Positions 56,716-64,000 of a DNA stretch of 64,000 nucleotides are shown here, one piece after another. The stretch is from a virus (lineage: Duplodnaviria > Heunggongvirae > Uroviricota > Caudoviricetes). The first letter of the stretch is position 1. Each line of letters starts with the position of its first letter. The notes below the pieces were generated by a model that had not been told where the DNA came from, ran no database searches, and worked only from the letters and a program-made list of their open reading frames with translations. The stretch spans positions 51,595 to 115,594 of the IMG/VR virus record IMGVR_UViG_3300033405_000002. The stretch is one strand, 5' to 3'. Made by a program: the position numbers and the translations under genes.

Positions 56716-56730
56716 GGGGAGTGATGATGG

Positions 56731-57231
56731 TTAGAAGCGGAACGTCAAACCGCCGATGGGACGGATACCTTCAAAGTTGGTTCCGTCTACACCCGTGTGC
56801 AGGTACTCAACGCCGCCACGCAGGGCCCAGTGCTTGGACAAAGCAAAGTCTGCGCCAGCGCCAGTCGTCACAGCCAGCTTGTTCTGCGTAGTTGGCCCGT
56901 AAACGAAATGAGCATCGCCAAGAACAGCGTTAACGTAAGGACGGAAGAACTTGCCTTGACGCGGCTGGAACTGAATGCCTTCGCCGTAAGTCTTGAGGAA
57001 GATTTCGGTTCCGCCGACCGTGCTGGTCGTCGCGGTCATTTCGGTCAAAAGACCGAACGATGACTTAAAGACAGGGATGTTCAAGCTGAGGTTATAGCCG
57101 GGATCGGTGTTCTGCACCGCGCCGTCAACGTACACTCGCGAAAACTGGTAGCTGCCATTGACAGAGACCTGACCAAAGGCTGCGCCAATCGTGAGCGCCA
57201 GAACCGCAAACAACATTGCGAAACGTTTCAT
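56731..57231 (-). CDS. outer-membrane beta-barrel protein
   Basis: Signal peptide, alternating beta strands, C-terminal GLTFRF. Confidence 0.8.
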   Translation of the reverse strand: MKRFAMLFAVLALTIGAAFGQVSVNGSYQFSRVYVDGAVQNTDPGYNLSLNIPVFKSSFGLLTEMTATTSTVGGTEIFLKTYGEGIQFQPRQGKFFRPYVNAVLGDAHFVYGPTTQNKLAVTTGAGADFALSKHWALRGGVEYLHTGVDGTNFEGIRPIGGLTFRF

Positions 57232-57272
57232 TACTTTCTCCTAAAGGGGAATATGTCCCGTCTTTGATGATA

Positions 57273-58064
57273 CTAGGTTTCCCAGATTTTTGCTATCTTG
57301 AGGGCACAAACATACGGGTCATACGAGCGTTCACGCCAGATCGAAAGTTCCACTAAAGTGTTGAAAACCTTATCCTTTGGTAGTTGTAGCTGAGATAGTT
57401 TCTGGAACTTTCTTTGGTCCCATCGGCCTTTACTCCGGCGATACCCGCGCTCGTCTCCTGTTTGTGCAAAAGTCCACATAACAAGCTCCCAATAAAGCGA
57501 GTGCAGGCGGAAGTACGGGTCGGTGCCTTTCGGGAGCCAAAGCAGCCAGTTTTCCCACGGGCGCATCCAGTTCACCTTTTCCGGCAGTGGCCCGGACAAT
57601 ACCCACGCGGCGTGCCAGATCGCGGCATTGATGTCGTATACGTCCCGTGCGATCTCATCTGCCACGCTCTGAACAAGTTTCTTGTCTGGCTTCTCCATGC
57701 CCAGCAGTTGCGCGGCGGTGCGCACAATCACGTTGAGTCCCCCACAGCCTTTTTCAAGCAGGTCAAGAGACCAGATGCCAACCTTCGATTTCATTTGTGC
57801 GGAAAGGTCGATGAAGCTCTCGCGCTCAACAACGTACAACTGCGGTTCGTCCTTGCCGAGCAGCATGTCATCGTCCACAAGGCTCACTTCCTCGCATTTC
57901 ACCTTGGTGTTGTGCGCCATGGAAAGGAAGCGTTCAGCAAAGCGAATCTGCGCGGCGTCATTACCGATCAGGATGTTATGCTTCTTCGGGGTCTTCTCCA
58001 AAAGAAAAGGGGTCGTGTGGTATTGCGTCATACCCACGACCCCGGATTTGGTTGCTCGTGCCAT
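57273..58064 (-). CDS. hypothetical protein
   Basis: Leaderless start after TATAAT; 263 aa. Confidence 0.65.
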   Translation of the reverse strand: MARATKSGVVGMTQYHTTPFLLEKTPKKHNILIGNDAAQIRFAERFLSMAHNTKVKCEEVSLVDDDMLLGKDEPQLYVVERESFIDLSAQMKSKVGIWSLDLLEKGCGGLNVIVRTAAQLLGMEKPDKKLVQSVADEIARDVYDINAAIWHAAWVLSGPLPEKVNWMRPWENWLLWLPKGTDPYFRLHSLYWELVMWTFAQTGDERGYRRSKGRWDQRKFQKLSQLQLPKDKVFNTLVELSIWRERSYDPYVCALKIAKIWET

Positions 58065-58080
58065 ACGAGCATTATACTGC

Positions 58081-58260
58081 TTAGAGCTTCTTGATGTCGG
58101 CTTTTGCGTCAGCTTCGAGCTTTGCCGCTTCGGCCTTGGCTTCCGTGTACAGCTTGTACAGATAGGAACCAATCTTGTGCAGTGCGCCGCCGAGAACAAC
58201 CTTAGCTGCGCCGCCCCAAGTGACCAGATCACCGAACAGTGAACCTAAAGAAATGGACAT
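58081..58260 (-). CDS. small hypothetical protein (59 aa)
   Basis: GGAGG SD; MSISLGSLFGDLVTWGG...IKKL. Confidence 0.55.
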   Translation of the reverse strand: MSISLGSLFGDLVTWGGAAKVVLGGALHKIGSYLYKLYTEAKAEAAKLEADAKADIKKL

Positions 58261-58297
58261 GTGTTAGCCCTCCCCTACTAGGGGGTGGGAAGTTGGT

Positions 58298-58603
58298 CTA
58301 TTTTGGCTGGGGAAAGTCCCAATAGCGGTAAACCAGCCAGAGCGTTATCCCTGTGAAAACAGACTGACAAATGTACCATCCGGTGAGAAAGGGTGCCTTC
58401 TCAGCCACGGCCAAAACGCCGTTATTGACTTGGACGGCAAAATTCAACCAGCAGTAAGCCTTGGAGAAGTCGCGGGTGTGGTGACGGCGGCGGAAGCGGC
58501 GGAACAACGGCACATACATACCGATTGCCATCAGTGCGCTGATCGCGACACAGATAGTCTTAGTGGTTAGATCATGTGGTAGGAACAGATGCCACGGTGC
58601 CAT
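58298..58603 (-). CDS. PQ-loop/SemiSWEET-like membrane protein
   Basis: Three hydrophobic helices; YVP..R..TRDFS. Confidence 0.55.
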   Translation of the reverse strand: MAPWHLFLPHDLTTKTICVAISALMAIGMYVPLFRRFRRRHHTRDFSKAYCWLNFAVQVNNGVLAVAEKAPFLTGWYICQSVFTGITLWLVYRYWDFPQPK

Positions 58604-59096
58604 TCTTTTTCCCGGCCTCCATCACGGCGGTCTCAAGAAAATCTCCCCATGTGTCAAAGTGCTTCACTGGTTTGATTCCAGCGGCCGCAAGGTCATCAGG
58701 GATTGAGCCTTCACCTAAGAGAACAAAAACAGTATCAATGCGGTTCTTATGCTTTGGGTTTTCCGGCCCGATGACGATACATTGTTTACCGAGAAAGAGG
58801 GCCCCGCCAAGTTCTGCGAGCCGCGTGTTGCGGATGAGAGCTTTGCCGGGATTGAATTCTATGATGGTGTCGGAACTCAGAATGTTGCGGATGTCGCGAA
58901 TCGCGAAAGATATGGCAAGTTCTTTTTTGTCAAGCTGCGTGCCGCCGTCTTCATCAGTCAGGTCAGTCTCGCCGCCCTTGTCCTGTTCATCCATCCAGCG
59001 CGAAGTCACTTCAAAACCGAGCACGCGGAGTTGTTCCGCGTAAGTTCTCATGCGGTCAATCCATTCGAAAGGTGCGGCTAGGTAAATTCGCTTCAT
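58572..59096 (-). CDS. nucleoside 2-deoxyribosyltransferase-like protein
   Basis: RIYLAA, VTSRW, D..I..SD, ELG.A..LGK, VIGP. Confidence 0.7.
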   Translation of the reverse strand: MKRIYLAAPFEWIDRMRTYAEQLRVLGFEVTSRWMDEQDKGGETDLTDEDGGTQLDKKELAISFAIRDIRNILSSDTIIEFNPGKALIRNTRLAELGGALFLGKQCIVIGPENPKHKNRIDTVFVLLGEGSIPDDLAAAGIKPVKHFDTWGDFLETAVMEAGKKNGTVASVPTT

Positions 59097-59115
59097 CGCT
59101 GGGTAATACCGGAAT

Positions 59116-59682
59116 TCACGATTTTTTAGACTTTTCTGGCTGGAACTTCGTGTTGGCTGCGGCCACTTCTTCCACAAATTTGTAGGCGTCCATCAGGTGC
59201 AGGAGCACGCGGCGTCCGACAACGGTCAGGCTGATGTTGTCATTTTGGGCCCAGATGATTCCAACAGATTCGGAAAGGATCGCGAAAAGACCGAACAGCT
59301 TGTCCATCTCGATCCGCTTGGTCGGCTTGTCTAAGGTGATGAGGAATTTCACATACGCGTCTTTCAACGCCATGAGATCATCCCCGGTGCGACCAAAACG
59401 CTGCGCCGGGACAAGCACGCACGAGCCGACGATGGCGGTAACACCGAACGTTGCTCCCCACTTTTCACTGTCCGCAAGATGCGGCATTGTCGCGTACTCT
59501 GTGAGCGTAGCGTACCGTGCATATTTCTCCAGCAGTTGCGCTGCTCTGGCAATTTTGTCCAAAGGCTCACCTTCACCGGAGAAGATCGAGCCAACTTCTT
59601 TCTGTGCTTCATCCGTGATGATGCGTTGAATCGCCAGTGCCTTCTGGAGTTCGTCTTTCGTCGTGAGCGGGACAATTGCCAT
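59116..59682 (-). CDS. hypothetical protein
   Basis: TAATG coupling; 188 aa. Confidence 0.65.
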   Translation of the reverse strand: MAIVPLTTKDELQKALAIQRIITDEAQKEVGSIFSGEGEPLDKIARAAQLLEKYARYATLTEYATMPHLADSEKWGATFGVTAIVGSCVLVPAQRFGRTGDDLMALKDAYVKFLITLDKPTKRIEMDKLFGLFAILSESVGIIWAQNDNISLTVVGRRVLLHLMDAYKFVEEVAAANTKFQPEKSKKS

Positions 59683-59975
59683 TACTTCAATCCTAGCATA
59701 CGTTTCAGGTGACCGATAGCCGATGGTACTGTAGGACAAGGCACCGTATAATGCCGGACAGTGACCACGATGTAGTCGCCGTGGTAAATGTCCACTGTCC
59801 ACTCGCGGTCGTTAGTGCTGGACTTGATGCGGTAGTTGACGATGCCGCGCAGGGATTCACGTAGACCGTGCTCCGGCGCGGTGTGCATCGGGATCGTGGC
59901 GGTGAGCGCACGCATCACGGTCGCAATGTCCTTCGCCTTCGGTAGGCGCTTGCGCTGGCGGCGAGTAGGCGGCAT
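59682..59975 (-). CDS. hypothetical protein
   Basis: 97 aa. Confidence 0.55.
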   Translation of the reverse strand: MPPTRRQRKRLPKAKDIATVMRALTATIPMHTAPEHGLRESLRGIVNYRIKSSTNDREWTVDIYHGDYIVVTVRHYTVPCPTVPSAIGHLKRMLGLK

Positions 59976-60139
59976 CAGCGATTATCCCGCCAGACCCAAA
60001 CGCACAGGAGCACGACGATGAGTAAAAAGAACCACATACCACGATAATACCAAAGAAAACGTCCCGGCTGTTAACCGGGACGTTTTCACCTACCGTCTGG
60101 AGGGACGGGACAAAAGATGGGGAGGGCGGGGGAGAATCT

Positions 60140-60784
60140 TTACGAGCAATGCGCTTCGGCTTCGTTCTCGCGCCGTGCTTCGTCAATCATATCAGCGCAG
60201 GACAGGCAAACCTGAATTGTTCTGCCGCCATGCACCAAGCCGCCAACCTTGCGCGTAGTCTGCGCTGGCTGATCGCACTTGCCAACTTCAACACCCTTCG
60301 CCGTGCGCAACATCGCGTGCTCATTCTGACAGGTGCCGCGAACCGGGAACTGCGGTGCGCCAACGGAAGCTGCGGACGGCGCGGCGGTCTTGTTCTGCAA
60401 GCTGGCTACAGCGGACTCCGGCAGCTTGAAGCGCTTGCCATCGGGGATGCGCTCAACCGCGATGGGATACTTCCACGAACGTCCACCAGTCAAACCAGTG
60501 ATCTTGTAGCGCGAACCAGCGTAGTTGATTTCGGCGAACAGATGCTCCGGCTTCAAACCATACAGACCACACGAACGTTTGAACGCGGACGCTTCCTTCG
60601 TCATGGCGGTGCCATCGCTGGTGACCGTGGCGAGTTCAACCTTGAACGTTGCAGACTCGTTCATGTAGCTGGCGCTACCAGCGGTGATCTTGATGCCATA
60701 CTGCTTCCCAACCACTTCCAGAGCGGCGGTGATGGCTTCACGCAACTCACGAAGATTGTTACGATCAAACGATTTGATCTGCAT
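60140..60784 (-). CDS. hypothetical protein
   Basis: GGAGG SD; preceded by TGGACA-N18-TATACT promoter (60800-60829). Confidence 0.7.
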   Translation of the reverse strand: MQIKSFDRNNLRELREAITAALEVVGKQYGIKITAGSASYMNESATFKVELATVTSDGTAMTKEASAFKRSCGLYGLKPEHLFAEINYAGSRYKITGLTGGRSWKYPIAVERIPDGKRFKLPESAVASLQNKTAAPSAASVGAPQFPVRGTCQNEHAMLRTAKGVEVGKCDQPAQTTRKVGGLVHGGRTIQVCLSCADMIDEARRENEAEAHCS

Positions 60785-60839
60785 GTTCCCTCCAGTCCTA
60801 GTATACGGGGAAGGCTGCAATTTTGTCCATCCGTAAGTG

Positions 60840-62537
60840 CTACCAAATAATGGAGTTAATCCAATATTTCGGCATTTTCCGGTTGTTCAATTTGATGAAG
60901 TTGGCGAATCCGGCGTCAAGAATGTGCGTATGGGCGCGGTCAGTCTTGCTGCGGACGCTGCGCCCGGTTGCCTGAACCAGCTTGAGTGCGGTCTGCCACT
61001 GATACCAGTCAGGATCGCGCTTCATGCGTGCGCGGACGTAAGGATCGAGCGCCGGATAGGGCACCTTGCAAATGATCTGAAAGCGGCTCAAATCTTCTTT
61101 CAGGTCTAAGCCCTCGGTCATGGACGGCGAGATCAGAACTGTAGGTTCCGTGCTCGTCAGGTGCTTCTCGATAGCGGCTTCGCGTGCGCCCTTCGAGTTG
61201 TCATGCGTAATGATGCGGCTGGCTTGATCGGTGCCCATCAGATATTGCACGATGTAGCGGTTGATCTTGTAAGAGTTCGTGTGAACGATTCCCTTCTTCG
61301 TGGCGTAGCGGCGTATGAGCGCTTCCACGGCGGGAGCCATCAGCGGCAATGTCCGGTCAATGTTCTTGTAGGACATGTCACCAATAGGGCTGTAGAAGAT
61401 CGGGCGATTCTCAACCGGGAACTCAGAGTCTACCGCCAGCGTTTCGCAGTCAGCCGGATCAATTCCAAGGTTGCGCATGAACGTCTGGAAGTCCAGAATC
61501 GTAGCGCTGGTGATAAGCACCTTCTGCGCCTTCGAGAACAAGAGTTCGTCGGCGAACAAGCGTGCAGTAAGCGGCTTGATGATGAGATCGCCAGTGCCTT
61601 TGTCGCCGCGCTTTTGCTCGTCCCAATCGCTCCAAGCAAACCATTCGCCGGGATCAGCGGAGTTGCGGAACAGGTTGACGCGCTGCACGAAACGATCCAG
61701 TCCGTTGAGTTTGCGGGCGTATTTCAAGCGTTCTTCATCACGCGCTGTACGGAACTTCTTCGCAAGATCGTTGCCGTGAACTACGGTTGCCGGGATGAAC
61801 ACGCGGTCCAACCACGCCAGCACGCCGTTGATGTCACCAGCGTCAAAGATCGGCAGCTTGCCAGCCACGCCATACTCGTCGCACTTCTTCTGTGTGATCT
61901 TGGTATCCGTGAGCGAGAGAATCTGATCTTCGGTGTTGTGACCTTCGTCAAGGATCAGGACGTTGCGATTCGCAAGCTGTCCGGCGTGATTCGTCTCGTT
62001 CAAAAAATAGCTGTAGTTTGATGTGCCAAACGGGTTCGCCATGAAGCGATCTTTGGCGGCGCGGTAAGGGCAATACTCACATTTATCTTCCAGACCGTTC
62101 GCGTCGTTCATCATCGCGCCAGTCTCGCAGTCTACATCTTGACCTTCAAGCTGCGTCCATTTGTCGCACAGGTAGTTGGCGCGGCCCTTCAACTCTACCA
62201 GTCCCATCGGCTCGAAATCTTTCATGTATTGCTCAGCGAGAGATTTCTGCGGCGTCAGGACGTAAGCTCCGGGTTCAAACATGCCGAACGTAGGCATCAC
62301 TTTTGCAAAGGACGCTTCGGCGATGTCAACCGGGGATTTACCAAAACCCGTGGGGCCTTCGAGCACGAAGAACTTCTTGCGAGGATTATTGTTCCATTTC
62401 TGGAGCCGATCTAAAGTGTGCTCTTGATTGGCGCGGACTTCGGAAAACGGGAAGTGATCGCGGAGATTGGGGCTTTTCTCGTAGCGAAGGTCTTTCACGG
62501 GTGCGATCTGGACTAGGTTGTCAGTGAACTCTTCCAC
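60840..62537 (-). CDS. DinG/XPD-family SF2 helicase
   Basis: R.NQ, EGPTGFGKS, LKGRANYLC, CPY, DEGH, SAT, EGLD, QATGRSVR. Confidence 0.92.
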   Translation of the reverse strand: MEEFTDNLVQIAPVKDLRYEKSPNLRDHFPFSEVRANQEHTLDRLQKWNNNPRKKFFVLEGPTGFGKSPVDIAEASFAKVMPTFGMFEPGAYVLTPQKSLAEQYMKDFEPMGLVELKGRANYLCDKWTQLEGQDVDCETGAMMNDANGLEDKCEYCPYRAAKDRFMANPFGTSNYSYFLNETNHAGQLANRNVLILDEGHNTEDQILSLTDTKITQKKCDEYGVAGKLPIFDAGDINGVLAWLDRVFIPATVVHGNDLAKKFRTARDEERLKYARKLNGLDRFVQRVNLFRNSADPGEWFAWSDWDEQKRGDKGTGDLIIKPLTARLFADELLFSKAQKVLITSATILDFQTFMRNLGIDPADCETLAVDSEFPVENRPIFYSPIGDMSYKNIDRTLPLMAPAVEALIRRYATKKGIVHTNSYKINRYIVQYLMGTDQASRIITHDNSKGAREAAIEKHLTSTEPTVLISPSMTEGLDLKEDLSRFQIICKVPYPALDPYVRARMKRDPDWYQWQTALKLVQATGRSVRSKTDRAHTHILDAGFANFIKLNNRKMPKYWINSIIW

Positions 62538-62621
62538 GTTCCCTCCACACTTAGTATACTGACAAATGGGGGAAAGTGGCTATTTATTTCTAGTCCAGAA
62601 TCAACAGTTTACGGGCTATTT

Positions 62622-62819
62622 TTAGCCAATAATGACCATTGTCCCGTCATCGCTCAACTGAACCTTGGCGTTTGCCGGGGCGGACGCGCCAGCGACGGTG
62701 CGTAGGTAAGCTTGCTCCGCTTGGATGGCCGCGACCAGCGCGGCGCGTGCCTCTGATACGAGGGTTGCATTTGCCTTAGCCTGTGTCTGCTGTGCTGCTG
62801 TTAAAGTGACTGCTTTCAT
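62622..62819 (-). CDS. small hypothetical protein
   Basis: AGGAGG SD; 65 aa. Confidence 0.65.
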   Translation of the reverse strand: MKAVTLTAAQQTQAKANATLVSEARAALVAAIQAEQAYLRTVAGASAPANAKVQLSDDGTMVIIG

Positions 62820-62841
62820 AGTTGCCTCCTAAAAGTGTTTG

Positions 62842-63999
62842 TTAGTTCGGGTTTCCGATGACGTGGTAGTTGAACGTAATCGACGTACCCGGAGTTGTGT
62901 TCACGTGAACGGTGAACGATCCTGTTGCTGTCGTGACCCAATATGACACAATACCCGCCACACTCGGATCACTGGTTGGTGTCAGAGTCACAATTGGCGC
63001 TGACGCAAAGGCGTTCGTGAAGTTCACCGTCTGGCTCGTCGCGGGGTTGGTCACTGTGACGGTACCCGATATATCAGCGTTAGCCGCGTTCGCACCGAGA
63101 TGTCCGTTGACATACACTGTGCCAAGATTGTTGCGGTTGTTGAAACCGCCAGCCTCATAGATGCACCACGTGTTGCCAACGCGAGAGCGAGCGGTCTGCA
63201 ACTGATCTTGCATGTAGATGACATACGTGGAGTCAGCGTAACCCGCTTGATCAGACTGCTGCGTGTAGAACGTTCCGCAGACTTGATTTGCGCGTCCTTG
63301 AAGTCCGGTGTCGATGACCTGACCACAGAGCATGTCGATACCGCCTGTAGTCTGATTCACTGACGTGGTGCTGATGATCCCAGCGGACGTGAGGAATGTG
63401 CCGCCAATGATCACACCCGTTGTGTCAGTGGTGGAACTTAAGTTCGACACGGTGCCCAGCGTTGCGGTGAACGCTGATGAACCGCCGCCAGAGTATGAAG
63501 ACGCTGTCACGGTTGCGACCGGAGAAGCAAAACCTGTATCTGCCGCGTTCGTGTAGTTCCCGGTAGTCAGGGCTGCTTGGAAGCTGCTGGTGCTCAATCC
63601 TGTTGCCGATACAGTGACAATCTGGTTGTTAAGCGCGGACTCTGCCGTGCCCAGCAAGCGCACTAGCTGCCCAGCTTGGAAGTGGTTGGCGCACGTTACA
63701 GTCAAAACGTTCGAGGTGACCGATGTAGCTGTGATCGTAGCGCGGTTCAAAAATGTTGCGGTAGTGAACCCTTCGAAGGTAACTGTGGTGCCGATGATCC
63801 ACGGAGAGTAACGATACCCACTCTGTGGTGTGACCGTAAGAACATTGGTCGTAACGGACACAGTCTGAACTGGAGTTGTGCCGTAAATGTTGCCGTTGCC
63901 CTCGTGATTTCCAGCGAAGTTAGCGCCGACAATACCGTTTGTGGGCCAGACAACTCCCGCGTTGCCTATAGGGGCATAAACATCCGTCGCAGTTGGAAT
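62842..63999 (-). CDS. fibre/tail-like virion protein, C-terminal part (starts outside window)
   Basis: Frame open to window edge; T/S-rich repeats similar to 6949-12363; C-terminal VNFTNAFASAPIVTLT...FNYHVIG domain. Confidence 0.7.
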   Translation of the reverse strand: MPTATDVYAPIGNAGVVWPTNGIVGANFAGNHEGNGNIYGTTPVQTVSVTTNVLTVTPQSGYRYSPWIIGTTVTFEGFTTATFLNRATITATSVTSNVLTVTCANHFQAGQLVRLLGTAESALNNQIVTVSATGLSTSSFQAALTTGNYTNAADTGFASPVATVTASSYSGGGSSAFTATLGTVSNLSSTTDTTGVIIGGTFLTSAGIISTTSVNQTTGGIDMLCGQVIDTGLQGRANQVCGTFYTQQSDQAGYADSTYVIYMQDQLQTARSRVGNTWCIYEAGGFNNRNNLGTVYVNGHLGANAANADISGTVTVTNPATSQTVNFTNAFASAPIVTLTPTSDPSVAGIVSYWVTTATGSFTVHVNTTPGTSITFNYHVIGNPN

Positions 64000-64000
64000 T

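Noticed and set aside
57273-58064. Clamp-loader (delta-like) subunit
   Set aside because: Only size and context suggest it; no diagnostic motif was seen

Overview
A 64-kb segment of a large (jumbo-type) tailed phage genome, with almost every gene on the minus strand and standard code 11. An outer-membrane beta-barrel gene suggests a Gram-negative host. The segment carries replication and recombination genes (family A DNA polymerase, 5'-3' exonuclease, DnaQ-like exonuclease, RecA, RuvC-like resolvase, SSB-like, HU, DinG-like helicase, Mre11 and a split Rad50), virion genes (putative portal, large fibre-like proteins), five homing endonucleases and two RNA ligases. The most notable part is 20.1-34.4 kb. 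About 21 tRNAs are sorted into two operons, Tyr/Leu and Pro/Met/Phe. Each operon starts with the same TGGACA-N18-TATACT promoter, then a short leader peptide whose codons match the downstream tRNA anticodons, then alternative terminator/antiterminator hairpins. This reads as ribosome-mediated attenuation of phage tRNA operons. The Pro/Met/Phe region also encodes an IF3 C-terminal domain with an ATA start, a PxT-type release factor with a prfB-like +1 frameshift, an RNA ligase, a YrlA-like RNA, a ~560-nt structured RNA and atypical tRNAs. Together these suggest a translation-stress-sensing rescue module. All calls come from reading the sequence by eye; no database searches or folding programs were run.
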